Positions 9,547 to 19,913 of a stretch of 64,000 nucleotides of DNA are shown one piece after another. The notes below the pieces were generated by a model. It saw nothing but the letters and a program-made list of their open reading frames with translations. It was not told the origin of the DNA and ran no database searches. A program made the position numbers and the translations under genes. Source of the stretch: Patescibacteria group bacterium (lineage in GTDB: Bacteria > Patescibacteriota > Microgenomatia > UBA8517); the NCBI GenBank assembly GCA_041742135.1, contig JBGSJG010000008.1:232964-296963 (forward strand), written 5' to 3'. Position 1 is the stretch's first letter. Every line of letters begins with the position of its first letter.

Positions 9547-10534
9547 CAAAAAATTAGATAAGATTTTAAAATTCCACTACCCTAATTTCAAAGAATATAC
9601 TTTCCAGAAAAAATTAGAAAAGAACGCATTCTTGGTTAAGTCTCAAAATAAGCAGTTCGTTTTAAAAAAATACGACCAAAAAATAACAAAAGAGAGGCTT
9701 CAATTTTTCGAAGAGTTGCAAAACATGACAAACGCTTATATGCAAATCTCACCTCAGGTTTTAAAGACCAAGGATGGAAATTTAAATGTACATAGAAATA
9801 GTTTTTATTATGATTTAACTGAGTTTGTAGAGGGTGAAATGATACAAAGAGAACAAGTGAAGAATATAAGCGAATTCTTTTACAAAATTGGATTATTTGT
9901 TGGCAAGTTGCATAAATCTTTTTCAGAAATTGAAAGTAAAGGCCAAATCACTATGAATTCGTTGTTGTATACAGCACCAGAAAGTCCAAAACACCTTGTG
10001 GATCTACTAGACTCTTATTACAAAGCTCAGATTGATGACAGCTGGAAAGAAATCATTAAAGAAAAAATAACTATAGTTAATTCATATACAGATCATTTAA
10101 AGGTATTTAACGCTTTGCCAAGGAAAATCGTTCATGGGGATTTGTATTTGAAAAACCTTTTGTTTGATAAATCACAGAAAATCATTGGGTTGATTGACTT
10201 TGTTCAGGCAGGTGTATTTTTCAGATGTTACGAAGTTATAAGAGCATTGATTCAAACTAATAAATTCTTTCAGAATACAGATATTGAGGCTCGATATATC
10301 AAACAATACCTAAAAGGATATCTTCAAGGTAATTCTTTAGATGAAAGTGAAATTCATAACATGCTCGATTTCTATATTTATGTCCAGGCTTCGGATACCG
10401 CCTTTTTAGATATTGAAACCATTGTAAATGGAGGTAAAGAAATCAATGAATATGCAAAATACAGATCTAATAGTCTACACGCACTTTTTAGAAATCGCCA
10501 TTTATTAAATGAAGTAATATACAAAGCTAAATAG
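9530..10534 (+). CDS. APH/homoserine-kinase-type phosphotransferase
   Basis: FVLKK, KLH, HGDLYLKN (Brenner motif) and IDF. Confidence 0.85.
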   Translation: MKRPSDKKLDKILKFHYPNFKEYTFQKKLEKNAFLVKSQNKQFVLKKYDQKITKERLQFFEELQNMTNAYMQISPQVLKTKDGNLNVHRNSFYYDLTEFVEGEMIQREQVKNISEFFYKIGLFVGKLHKSFSEIESKGQITMNSLLYTAPESPKHLVDLLDSYYKAQIDDSWKEIIKEKITIVNSYTDHLKVFNALPRKIVHGDLYLKNLLFDKSQKIIGLIDFVQAGVFFRCYEVIRALIQTNKFFQNTDIEARYIKQYLKGYLQGNSLDESEIHNMLDFYIYVQASDTAFLDIETIVNGGKEINEYAKYRSNSLHALFRNRHLLNEVIYKAK

Positions 10535-10536
10535 AT

Positions 10537-11505
10537 ATGGAACGTTTTCAACATAAAGACCAAGAACGAAGGAATCCTGTTGGTAATTCTTATACCTTTG
10601 ATTCAACTAAAATTAATTTAATATCATCCTGTGGGGAGACTGTAGAGTTTTGCAATGAGTATTTTGAGTTGTACGCGCAGATAGATGAAGTGACACAAGA
10701 GTGCGACTGGACCGTCGTAGAGCACATAGGCTCATCAACCGAAGGGCATCCTTGGAAAGTTGACGAAGCAAGTAAGTTGGTTACTATTCAAGGAAACGAA
10801 TCTGATAGCAGATTAACTATGAGGATCGTGAGAAGTTTAGTAATGCTCGAGGACATTAACAATGGAAAAGTCATGTTTAAGGGTGGCGCATTTACAAATA
10901 AAGATGGCCAAGGAATAGCTATTATGGGTGAAAAAAGGTCAGGGAAGACCTCATTCTTGCTGGGATATATGTTAAGGAATGACTCTCAAGCGAGATTCGT
11001 TACGAACTCGCACGTTGCATTGGGTTTTGAAAATGACCAGGTTTATGCTTACGGATATCCTATGTCGGTAGGAGTTAGGCTTAATGTACTTGAAGCAATG
11101 AAAAAGAGAGGAAATGACAAAATTACCCCAATAATTGATGACCTAAGAAGCAATTTGCAACCCGGAGGTGAGAATCGTTATTATATAGATCCCGATAAAC
11201 TTAGCCAGTATTTAAGTGGCAGAATTGCTAGCAAGACCCATCTTGATAAAATTATTATAGTTAGGAGCGTTCCGCCAAATTCTTTTTCTGGTATCAAAAA
11301 ATTAAATATAGACGAAGTAGAAGTTTATCTAAAAAGTTATTACCTCAAGCATCTACAAAGCGATGGCTGGTATAGATTATACGATGTTGATGCCAGTCAA
11401 CAAATAAATTCAATTAGAGATATGCTTGAACAAACCGATTTATATGAGCTCACTTTTAATGTTAATAGCAGTATAGACAATATAAATTTAGTAGATCAAA
11501 TCTAA
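10537..11505 (+). CDS. HprK-related P-loop kinase
   Basis: GGAF...GIAIMGEKRSGKTS Walker A in an HprK C-terminal-like context. Confidence 0.6.
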   Translation: MERFQHKDQERRNPVGNSYTFDSTKINLISSCGETVEFCNEYFELYAQIDEVTQECDWTVVEHIGSSTEGHPWKVDEASKLVTIQGNESDSRLTMRIVRSLVMLEDINNGKVMFKGGAFTNKDGQGIAIMGEKRSGKTSFLLGYMLRNDSQARFVTNSHVALGFENDQVYAYGYPMSVGVRLNVLEAMKKRGNDKITPIIDDLRSNLQPGGENRYYIDPDKLSQYLSGRIASKTHLDKIIIVRSVPPNSFSGIKKLNIDEVEVYLKSYYLKHLQSDGWYRLYDVDASQQINSIRDMLEQTDLYELTFNVNSSIDNINLVDQI

Positions 11506-11507
11506 AC

Positions 11508-12488
11508 ATGGAAAGAGGTAATCTAAGTTGGTTTGGCGGTCCCATTTCGCACATGCATCTAAGGCTCCCAAGTGAACCTAACGATGCAGAAGGCGAAGAG
11601 AATCTACAATTTACCCACGAGACTGCCACATATTACTTAGGCAAGTTATACAGGAACCCAAATGTTAGAATTACGGATACTGCTCATGCTCTGCTTTCAT
11701 TCAGAGATCTCGACAACCTCAGAAGGCCAAATCTAGAATCAGCTGAGAGTTGGAGTAATAGAATTATTACACAGGCTTCAGTAGAAACTTTAAAAAGAGT
11801 ATCAGAAATGAAAAAACTGGCCAATAGTAATATTATCATCGGTGTAGAGGCCGATATTATAGACGATCAAGGTCATTTAAGTTTAGATGATGAATGCTTA
11901 CAAGAAATAGATTTTACAATCGCATCTTTTCACAGATTCATTTGGACAATTTTCTCGGAAAGAGTTTACTATTCTTCAGAAGAACTAATTAATATGTACC
12001 TTGGAGCATTAGATAATCCTTCAGTTCGTGTGTTAGGTCATCCTATAAGAACCTCCTCAAAATTAATCGGACCACGAAAATCTGAAGATTTCTTGCCTGT
12101 CCTCGAAAAAATGAAAGAGAAAAGAGTCGCTTACGAAATCAACCCACTTATCGACCTTTCTGATGAACAACAGAAACTAAATCTTGAGGTGATTAAAGAG
12201 TGTTCTCGAGTTGGCACTCCATTAATTTTGGGGTTTGACTTTCATAATATGGAAGACATTGATTTTCTTAAAGATATATCTCTTGATAATAATGCAATAG
12301 AAGGTTTAAGCCTTGACTATGTTTTTTCCAGAAACGCAGACGTCCATTTTGGGGTATTTAGACGATTGATCAAAAATGTAGGCATTTTGAAAGAGCTAGG
12401 AGTTGGAAAAGAGCAGATTGTAAATAGTAGCGATCAAAATTTCGATCAATGGATTAACGAACGAAAATCCTTGCATCTGCGTGATTAA
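11508..12488 (+). CDS. PHP-domain phosphoesterase
   Basis: SHMH, ITDTAH, GVEADI, IASFH, LGHP, YEIN and GFDFH motifs. Confidence 0.8.
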   Translation: MERGNLSWFGGPISHMHLRLPSEPNDAEGEENLQFTHETATYYLGKLYRNPNVRITDTAHALLSFRDLDNLRRPNLESAESWSNRIITQASVETLKRVSEMKKLANSNIIIGVEADIIDDQGHLSLDDECLQEIDFTIASFHRFIWTIFSERVYYSSEELINMYLGALDNPSVRVLGHPIRTSSKLIGPRKSEDFLPVLEKMKEKRVAYEINPLIDLSDEQQKLNLEVIKECSRVGTPLILGFDFHNMEDIDFLKDISLDNNAIEGLSLDYVFSRNADVHFGVFRRLIKNVGILKELGVGKEQIVNSSDQNFDQWINERKSLHLRD

Positions 12489-12538
12489 ATGATTTTAAAT
12501 ATTGATCTAATAGAATAATATGGTACGAGACCTGTTAG

Positions 12539-12613
12539 GGTGGCTGATGGGACTCGAACCCACGGCCTGCTGTTCCACAAACAGCCGCTCTAACCAACTG
12601 AGCTACAGCCACC
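12539..12613 (-). tRNA. tRNA-His (GTG)
   Basis: Reverse complement GGTGGCTGTAGCTCAGTTGGTTAGAGCGGCTGTTTGTGGAACAGCAGGCCGTGGGTTCGAGTCCCATCAGCCACC. It has G-1/C73, an anticodon stem GCTGT/ACAGC and loop TTGTGGA. CCA is not encoded. Confidence 0.96.
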
Positions 12614-12761
12614 TCGTCGCAACGCGACATGCTATCTTTCATCCCGACAAAGTCGGGATTTCATACGCTAGTCGGTTGCTCCTTTTCACAAATCATTCGA
12701 TTTGTGCAGGCATATTATACCAGTCACGCCCAATACGCGTCTAGGCAAATCAAAATGGGGA

Positions 12762-13025
12762 TTATTCTTCTTCAGGTTCTTCTTCGGCTAAAGGATAGCC
12801 TGGGGTGCCTGCGCCATCCTGGACGGATTCCTCGTCTTTATCAATTTCCTCAGCAATCTCAAAGCCGTCTTCTTCGGGATCCGGTTTGTTGCCAATCACG
12901 TTTTGAATCATTTCTTCAGTATCGCTAAACTTATCCGGGCCGCCGTCTGTATAGTCGGTGCCGTAAACATCGTCGTCTTGCTTTTTGAGCTCTTCATCAA
13001 TTTTGCTCGGCGGAATTTTAACCAT
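12762..13025 (-). CDS. Small acidic hypothetical protein
   Basis: 87-aa D/E-rich ORF with ATG start that fills the gap between genes. Confidence 0.6.
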   Translation of the reverse strand: MVKIPPSKIDEELKKQDDDVYGTDYTDGGPDKFSDTEEMIQNVIGNKPDPEEDGFEIAEEIDKDEESVQDGAGTPGYPLAEEEPEEE

Positions 13026-13086
13026 ATGTTTATTTTAAAGAAAATCATTTATTGCGCAACCAGCAAAATTGGGGGTAGAATATGCT

Positions 13087-14016
13087 ATGATCGAAAGCTT
13101 ACCTGGATTTTTCGATCTGCTCAAGTTGTCATTTGCCCAGTACAAAGCAAATTGGACTTTTTATATTAAAATTCTCGTCCGTGGGTTTTTGTATGGCATA
13201 CTTCTGGCTGGGCTTCCTGGCATTTTGGCAGTTGCAAGCATCTTTTTTTTGCCTAGGCCAACCTCATTTATAGTTTTTGCGGTTTTGATTGTAATCACCA
13301 TAATTGGCTCAATATTTGCTCAAGTTTGGCAAATCTTAGCAATGTCCAAGACCGCAATTGAAGTTAGCGGTGGAGCGACACCTCTTAAGTCTGCAGACGT
13401 GTTTAAGTCAGTCAGGCCTTTGGTATTTGGCTATTTTCTTGTAATGATACTTCAAAGTTTTGCCAGTTTTTCTGGTTATTTGTTATTTATAATCCCTGGA
13501 GTTATTATGTCCATCTGGTTTAGCCTCGCAATCTATACATATCTGATTGACCAGAAAAAGGGAGTTTCCGCACTAATTTTAAGCCGAGACTACGTTAAGG
13601 GCTACACCGGCGGTGTGTTTTTGTATTTTTTCTTTTGGGGAATAATTTCCTACGGCCTTTTGAGTTTCCTGCCCAGCTACATTTTTGAAAAGCTTGACAT
13701 GGATTTACTTGGCGGTCTTGTGAGTCTTGTAATTACACCTGTGATTATTCCACTTAGCACAATATTTGTTCTAAATATTTACCTAGCTCTCAAAAAGATT
13801 AAGGGCCAAATTAACGTTGAATATTCTTCTGAGCGAAAAGCTAAATATTTCATTGCGGCTCTTATGCCACTTGTAGCTATTTCAATACTCGCTGCTTGGA
13901 CAATAAGCATTATGCCTAAGTTGTATAACATGTTCTTGCAAAGCCCGGCTATGGAGGAGAAATTTATGGATTATGACGAGTGGAGCGAACCCACCGAACT
14001 TGATACGTTGTCGTAA
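13087..14016 (+). CDS. Multi-pass membrane protein (DUF975/GDPD-membrane-domain-like)
   Basis: Several TM segments and an LFIIPGV...W..LA.Y...ALILSR..VKG pattern. ATG lies 5 nt after TAGAAT. Confidence 0.7.
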   Translation: MIESLPGFFDLLKLSFAQYKANWTFYIKILVRGFLYGILLAGLPGILAVASIFFLPRPTSFIVFAVLIVITIIGSIFAQVWQILAMSKTAIEVSGGATPLKSADVFKSVRPLVFGYFLVMILQSFASFSGYLLFIIPGVIMSIWFSLAIYTYLIDQKKGVSALILSRDYVKGYTGGVFLYFFFWGIISYGLLSFLPSYIFEKLDMDLLGGLVSLVITPVIIPLSTIFVLNIYLALKKIKGQINVEYSSERKAKYFIAALMPLVAISILAAWTISIMPKLYNMFLQSPAMEEKFMDYDEWSEPTELDTLS

Positions 14017-15098
14017 CCGTCTTCACGCACAAGGTCTGCTAAATCTCGATTTATTTTACCGATTAGTTGCGGGCCCTCGTAAATCATTCCAGTTATAAGC
14101 ATGACAAGCGATGCTCCTCTTTTAATTTTTTCGTACGCGTCGTGGGCATTAAACACGCCACCCACTCCAATAATTACAAGTTTGTTGCCATATTTTTTGT
14201 AGGCTCGGAAGATTAATTCATTTGAGCGAGCAAAGCATGGCTTGCCACTAAAATTACCAGCAGGAGCATTTTTTATTTCAGCTTTATCAAAAACTGGATT
14301 AGTTCTGTCTTTTTGCAGGTTTCCAATAATGATTCCAGACACTCTGTGTTTTACGATCACGTTTAGCATCTTGTCAAAATCAGAATTATTTTCACTGATT
14401 GGCATTTTTATAAATAAGGGCTTAGTAAGTTTTAGTTTGTCAATCTTTGCCAAAAGCATATTTAAATTTCGGGGAGGATAAAAAGTAATTGATTTATTGC
14501 CATGAATCAAATTGGGGCAGCTGATATTAAGCTCCCAATAGGCATGTTTAAGATTGGCTTTTTTTAGTTTTTCTAAGCAAGACACGATGTCGTCCATGCT
14601 TTCTTCCAAAGTTGTAAGTGTGGCGGAGTTGCTTCTGCCGATGCTAATTCCCAGAGGATAAGAAAAGGTTTTGCCTCTAAGCCTTGCGGCAATAACGTCT
14701 GCACCGTCGCTTTTGTAGCCTTTATTGACCAGTAACGATTTTGACTTAGGAAGCCTGCCGAGCCGTGGCTTGGGATTGCCTTCGTAGGGGATATTCGTAA
14801 CCGTGCCAACTGACTCAAAGCCAAAGCCAACGTTGGGCAAGATATCAGTCAAATTTGCGTTATAGTCAAAGCCTGCTGACAGGCCGATTGGGTTACTAAA
14901 GCTCATGCCTGCAATTTTTTGCTTAAGGATTGGGTGGCTAAATGCCAAAGTGCTATTAGTAATCTTTCTCGCTTTGCTACTTTTGCCCATTAAACTGCCA
15001 AGGCTTACCATTGTGTTGTGAACCAGTTCAGGATCGAATGAGAAAAATAGTGGCTTGGCCAGAACTTTATATAATAACCCGAAAACCTCGTATTTCAT
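13971..15098 (-). CDS. pyrD: Dihydroorotate dehydrogenase (quinone), type 2
   Basis: DPELVH, NPIGLSAGFD, GTVT, GNPKPRL, LNISCPN, SGKP, IIGVGG and IYEGP motifs. Confidence 0.93.
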   Translation of the reverse strand: MKYEVFGLLYKVLAKPLFFSFDPELVHNTMVSLGSLMGKSSKARKITNSTLAFSHPILKQKIAGMSFSNPIGLSAGFDYNANLTDILPNVGFGFESVGTVTNIPYEGNPKPRLGRLPKSKSLLVNKGYKSDGADVIAARLRGKTFSYPLGISIGRSNSATLTTLEESMDDIVSCLEKLKKANLKHAYWELNISCPNLIHGNKSITFYPPRNLNMLLAKIDKLKLTKPLFIKMPISENNSDFDKMLNVIVKHRVSGIIIGNLQKDRTNPVFDKAEIKNAPAGNFSGKPCFARSNELIFRAYKKYGNKLVIIGVGGVFNAHDAYEKIKRGASLVMLITGMIYEGPQLIGKINRDLADLVREDGYDNVSSSVGSLHSS

Positions 15099-15134
15099 GG
15101 GCTAATTGTACTATGTTTTGTGCTAATATGAACC

Positions 15135-17258
15135 ATGACTTTGGACATTTTAAGCTCTGTGTTATTGGCCTCTTCAATTGCACGAGTATTAGCGCGATAT
15201 ATTATTGACACACTAGGGATTAATCTTTTTACAAGCACCACAATTCCGGGTTTTTCTGCTGAATTAGCAGTTGCCAAATCCTACGACATTTTGGATTTTA
15301 TTTTGACTGTTGGGCTCACTGCTACGAATTTTGTATTTTTCCGCTACGTTATTAATAACAAAAACAGGGCATTATCAGTCATTTATTTACTATTTAGCCT
15401 AATTCTTTTTACTCAGATAAATTTTGGCTTTTATAGTTTTAATGTAATTATGGTGTTAATGGCGGCGTTTTATGCATCTCTCCTCGCTATTACAAAGCTT
15501 AAAATAAAACTTGAATTATCGGAGTTTAATCAAACTACTTGGCACACTCTTTCCAACGGAATACTTGTCGGCATTTATCTATTAATCCTCATTAACAACT
15601 TTACTACCACCTTGTTTCCTCTTTTGGCTTTGGTTTTGGTGCCGATGGTCTATGTGTTTATTGGGCCCTTGGGGAATATTAGAAGAAGTCCGGGGCATCT
15701 TATCCTGTCGCTCGCGATTTTTGTTCCTACAAATTCAGCTCTCTTGCTTTTACTAGGAGCTGTTTCGGGCGTTTTGGCCTTTTTACTTCGCAATAAGAAT
15801 CTCTTTGCAAAAACATCTTTTCTTTACCCCGTTATTTTTGTAGTTATCGCGGCTTATAACCCACTTTATTTTTTGGGGCATTTGGACTCGGTGGAAGAGG
15901 GCTTTTGGCTTGGCTGGCTTTCGGGTCTTCAGGACGGAAAGGTTTTGTACCGCGACATTGCGGCGTATCACCCGCCAATGATTGTTTGGATTATTAATGC
16001 GGCTCAAAGCGTAATCGGCGCGAGTATCGAAAACACCCGACTAGTTCTTCATATTCTTCAAGTAGTGGGCATGGTAATGTATTACGCGCTTGTTTCGCGG
16101 GTTTTGGATAAAAAGCTTAGTCGGTTTGTTGTCCTTTTGGTTGCACTAAGCCTCACGGCCATCATGGTCCGAAACAACGTTGAGTTTCGTCTTGGAGTGG
16201 GGCTATTAAGCCTCGCACTTTTGCCCATGCCGCTTCTTGCTGGTGCTGTTGCCGCACTTAGTGCACTTACTAGCGTTGAAGTTGGAGTTTCAGCTGCAGC
16301 TGCCACTTTAGCTGTGCTTATGCTTTCTAGCAAAAGATTACCAAATGTCAGCAAGTATTTGTTGGGTGTAAGCATCGTAGCTCTGCCTGTTGCGATTTAT
16401 TTTTTAGCCCGTGGAGCGCTTTTGCCGGCAATAACGCAAATAACTTTTTATGCAAAAGCTTTTTCCGAAGGTTACTTTAACTTGCCGATAGACCGAGGAA
16501 CTACTTCTGCCTTCATTCATTGGCATTTTGTTAATCAGTATGTGAGCGCTTATCCGTTTTATTGGGAGCTGGCTCGTGGAGCGATTTTGGTAGCTCTTTG
16601 TTTTATAGTAAGTAAATTTAAGCCACAGGATCTTCAAAACAAACACAAAATCGCCCTGGCACTTGCAATATTTGGCCTGTTAGTTTTCCGCTCTGCAATG
16701 GGCAGGTCGGATTATTATCATCTGTTGTTTCCGCTTTTGGTCGCGTTGCCACTACTTTTTTACACGCTTGAAACTATTAATAAAAAATATCTTGTGCCAA
16801 TATTCTCGATCTTGTTGGTTTTTGTATTTTTTAGAAACATAGTCCATGCTAGTTTTATTGAAGCCAAGCTCTATGGCCTTCAAACTTACGGGCGAATAGT
16901 CGGGGAAACAGAGCAAGTCTTAACTCCTAGCCAAAGAGATCTTGTTGAATACTTAAAAAACAACACAAATGCCGATCAACCTTTGTTTGTTTTTCCTTGG
17001 AATCCAGAAGTGTATTTTTTGAGTGATCGTCCTAATGCAACCGCACATTACACGCCCTATGGTTTTTTTGACGAGACATATCAAAAAGAAATGGTTGCAC
17101 AAATTGAAAGTACGAAGCCTGTTATAATTTATAACCCCGAGATGAAGTTTGCCAATCTTGCCCCCGGAGCACTCGAAATTGTGAATTCATACATCTTAAG
17201 CACATACTCCGAAGTCACAAGCTTTGGGGATTATAAAATATGGACACCAAAAGATTGA
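15135..17258 (+). CDS. Polytopic membrane protein, GT-C (ArnT/PMT-like) glycosyltransferase-like
   Basis: Many TM helices, EEG...LYRDI...HPP loop, and C-terminal YFLSDRP extracellular domain. Confidence 0.65.
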   Translation: MTLDILSSVLLASSIARVLARYIIDTLGINLFTSTTIPGFSAELAVAKSYDILDFILTVGLTATNFVFFRYVINNKNRALSVIYLLFSLILFTQINFGFYSFNVIMVLMAAFYASLLAITKLKIKLELSEFNQTTWHTLSNGILVGIYLLILINNFTTTLFPLLALVLVPMVYVFIGPLGNIRRSPGHLILSLAIFVPTNSALLLLLGAVSGVLAFLLRNKNLFAKTSFLYPVIFVVIAAYNPLYFLGHLDSVEEGFWLGWLSGLQDGKVLYRDIAAYHPPMIVWIINAAQSVIGASIENTRLVLHILQVVGMVMYYALVSRVLDKKLSRFVVLLVALSLTAIMVRNNVEFRLGVGLLSLALLPMPLLAGAVAALSALTSVEVGVSAAAATLAVLMLSSKRLPNVSKYLLGVSIVALPVAIYFLARGALLPAITQITFYAKAFSEGYFNLPIDRGTTSAFIHWHFVNQYVSAYPFYWELARGAILVALCFIVSKFKPQDLQNKHKIALALAIFGLLVFRSAMGRSDYYHLLFPLLVALPLLFYTLETINKKYLVPIFSILLVFVFFRNIVHASFIEAKLYGLQTYGRIVGETEQVLTPSQRDLVEYLKNNTNADQPLFVFPWNPEVYFLSDRPNATAHYTPYGFFDETYQKEMVAQIESTKPVIIYNPEMKFANLAPGALEIVNSYILSTYSEVTSFGDYKIWTPKD

Positions 17259-19891
17259 CCCCTTGGGCGCTCTCCACTGACGACACCTTAAGGATTTTTA
17301 AAACTAGTACATCCGGATTAAGTTCTGCTGACGCAAATGGAAGACAAAGCGAACACGGACTAAACGCACTTCCAAGAGAAAAAGAAGAATCTGCAGTATT
17401 GAAATTTCTTAAGACTTTTTTGGATCCGCTAACTGCAATACTTATTGCTGCGGCAGTAATAAGCGCAGCAGCAGGAGTATTTGAGCACAACTCCGAAAAC
17501 ATCAACAATGCCATGCTGCTTCTGGGGATCGTTATTTTTATGGCTGGCGTGTCTTTTTTTACAGATCGCCAAGCCAGCCGCGCTCTCTCGAAACTTAAGG
17601 ATCTGCAAAAATCCTATGCCAGAGTTTACAGGGACGCAAAAAAAATTGAAGTAGAGTCAGAAAATTTAGTAGTCGGTGACATAGTTCATTTGAATGAAGG
17701 GGATAAAGTGCCCGCTGACGGCAGAATAATCGAGTGCGATCGGGGAGAGGCCAACGAAATGCTTTTAACGGGCGAGTCTGCCTCTGTTGTTAAAAGCACA
17801 GACACACTAAAGGCTTCCTGCCACTTAGCGGAGCGCACTAACATGGTATTTGCAGGCTCGCATCTTGAATCTGGTAATTTAGAATTTGTTGTGACGGCTA
17901 TAGGCACTAAAACAGAACTTGGGAAAATTTGGCAAGAACTACAAAATACAGATGAAGCCGAGACACCACTACAAGCTCAGCTGAATAAACTAGGTAAGGC
18001 GCTTATGGCAGGCACGTTGGTTGTTTGTGTTCTTATAATTGCCGTTTATATTTATCGGGGCCAGCCAATACTCGAAGCCTTGGTTCTCGCGGTAGCTTTG
18101 GCCATCGCATTTATTCCAGAAGCCTTGGGTGCGGTTATCACAATTTCACTGGCGCTTGGCGTGCGCGAAATGGTAAAGCACAAAGCCATAATAAAGCGTC
18201 TTCGTGCGGCCGAAGGGTTGGGGTCTGTTGGTGTCGTGTGTACCGACAAAACGGGGACAATTACTTTTGGGAAGATGACCGCAACTCATATCTGGACTGC
18301 ACAGGGTAAGGCACGCGAAATTAATGGGGATAAATTTACGCAAAACCCGGAGATAAATAGACTCATGCGAGTAGCACATTTATGCAATGACTTGGGAAAC
18401 CCCACGGAAAAAGCTCTTGGAGAGCTGGCTGCGTTTGTAGGATTTGAGATAACTGCAGATAGCCGTCGCACACGAGTTCACGAGTTGGCTTTTACTTCCG
18501 ATCGCAAAATGATGACTGTAGTACATGATCTTTCGAGCGAGCCGGCACTATCGGTACTTGTTAAAGGTGCACCCGATCGACTAATCGATCTAAGCACCCA
18601 CTACTTAAATGGCGACAAAAAAATTCGGCTTAATGTAGCAGTCAGACAAGATATCTTGGCGGCGATTAATAAATTTGAAGAAAAAGGTTATCGAGTTTTG
18701 GCCTTTGCCGATCGCGAACTGCCTTATAAATATGATGCAAAAAGAATTGAAGAGAGGCTTACTTTTGTTGGGCTCGTTGCACTAAGTGATCCTGTGCGGC
18801 CAGAAGTTAAGCTTACTGTGGCCAAAATGAAAAAAGCAGGAATTAGCGCAGTTATGATTACAGGGGACAGTCCGTTGACGGCTCTGGCAATTGCAAAAGA
18901 CGCTGGGATAGTGCCTCAAAGCGCTACGAGTAGTGCGGTACTTCTGGGAGCGGAGATCGATGAGCTTTTGAGTGTCGGTATTGAGAACTTGTCACACGAA
19001 ACTATAACTCGTATTTCGAAAACTCGCGTCTTTGCGCGCACCAGCCCAAGCAACAAAATTAACATCGTGCGAGTTTTTCAAAAGGCTGGAATGCTTGTAG
19101 CCATGAGTGGAGATGGAGTTAATGATGCGCCTTCCTTAAAGCAGGCAGACGTAGGCATTGCTATGAGTAACGGGACCGAGATTACCAAAGAAACTGCAGA
19201 TGTTATTTTGACTGGCTCCTATAGCGCAATTGCTGAGGCGGTGGAGGTTGGCCGCACAATTTTGCACCGTACTCGCCTTTATACACACGCTCTACTGTCC
19301 ACAAATGGTGCCGAGGTCTTGCTTTTTGTGGTAGCTGTTCTCGCAGGCTGGCCGGCTCCATTGACTGCGATCCAGCTTCTTTTGATAAATGTATTGGGGG
19401 ACGCGTGGCTTAGTATAGCTCTAGCCACCGAGAAGGCAGACCGTGGCATTATGAGTGAGCCTCCGCGGCGCAAAACGGATAACATCATCACCCGCTACAT
19501 GTTTACCAGCATTGGTATCCAAAGCATTATTACTACAAGTATTTTGGCTGTGGTTTTTGTCCTAAGCGGCCAATACGCTCAAGCGTTGGGTCTTGATGCA
19601 AAGTCCACGTTGGTACTTCAGCAGTCAGCAGTTTTTAGCACATTTATGGTCCAAAAGATCTTAAGATCAAGTTTTACCGCGCGGTCCTTGAAATTTAATA
19701 TCTGGCAGATTGCAGTATTTTCAAATCAGTGGTCCGTGCTTGCCGCTCTGGCAACTGTAGGGTTGGCATTTTTGGGCCTGTCGCTTCCTGTATTTGGTAT
19801 GACTGCGTTACCTCTGGCTCTTTTGCCTCTGCTTCTTTTGGGACTAATTCCGCCTGTGTCTGAAGAATTACTTAAATTCACTAGGCGCTGA
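17240..19891 (+). CDS. P-type cation-transporting ATPase (type II, Ca2+-like)
   Basis: TGES, PEAL, DKTGT, KGAP, MITGD and GDGVNDAP motifs. Confidence 0.95.
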   Translation: MDTKRLTPWALSTDDTLRIFKTSTSGLSSADANGRQSEHGLNALPREKEESAVLKFLKTFLDPLTAILIAAAVISAAAGVFEHNSENINNAMLLLGIVIFMAGVSFFTDRQASRALSKLKDLQKSYARVYRDAKKIEVESENLVVGDIVHLNEGDKVPADGRIIECDRGEANEMLLTGESASVVKSTDTLKASCHLAERTNMVFAGSHLESGNLEFVVTAIGTKTELGKIWQELQNTDEAETPLQAQLNKLGKALMAGTLVVCVLIIAVYIYRGQPILEALVLAVALAIAFIPEALGAVITISLALGVREMVKHKAIIKRLRAAEGLGSVGVVCTDKTGTITFGKMTATHIWTAQGKAREINGDKFTQNPEINRLMRVAHLCNDLGNPTEKALGELAAFVGFEITADSRRTRVHELAFTSDRKMMTVVHDLSSEPALSVLVKGAPDRLIDLSTHYLNGDKKIRLNVAVRQDILAAINKFEEKGYRVLAFADRELPYKYDAKRIEERLTFVGLVALSDPVRPEVKLTVAKMKKAGISAVMITGDSPLTALAIAKDAGIVPQSATSSAVLLGAEIDELLSVGIENLSHETITRISKTRVFARTSPSNKINIVRVFQKAGMLVAMSGDGVNDAPSLKQADVGIAMSNGTEITKETADVILTGSYSAIAEAVEVGRTILHRTRLYTHALLSTNGAEVLLFVVAVLAGWPAPLTAIQLLLINVLGDAWLSIALATEKADRGIMSEPPRRKTDNIITRYMFTSIGIQSIITTSILAVVFVLSGQYAQALGLDAKSTLVLQQSAVFSTFMVQKILRSSFTARSLKFNIWQIAVFSNQWSVLAALATVGLAFLGLSLPVFGMTALPLALLPLLLLGLIPPVSEELLKFTRR

Positions 19892-19900
19892 AATGTTCGT

Positions 19901-19913
19901 GAGCGGGTAACGA
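19901..19913 (-). other. Putative att site: 3' end fragment of tRNA-Gly
   Basis: Reverse complement TCGTTACCCGCTC matches the T-stem 3' strand, acceptor strand TACCCGC and U73 typical of bacterial tRNA-Gly. It lies 9 nt after the ATPase stop. Confidence 0.55.

Larger units (their letters stand above)
1140..12538. mobile_element. Degenerate composite genomic island at the 3' end of tRNA-His
   Basis: Abuts the tRNA 3' end, is visibly more AT-rich than 13-19.9 kb, and contains truncated genes and repeated att-like scars. No intact integrase. Confidence 0.65.

Noticed and set aside
12520-12744. 74-aa ORF containing GWLMGLEPT
   Set aside because: It is the antisense reading of tRNA-His, not a gene.
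13971-19891. pyrD, GT-C-like protein and P-type ATPase as part of an island
   Set aside because: These are ordinary host-type genes with no mobility signal, lying between the tRNA-His 5' side and the putative att at 19901.
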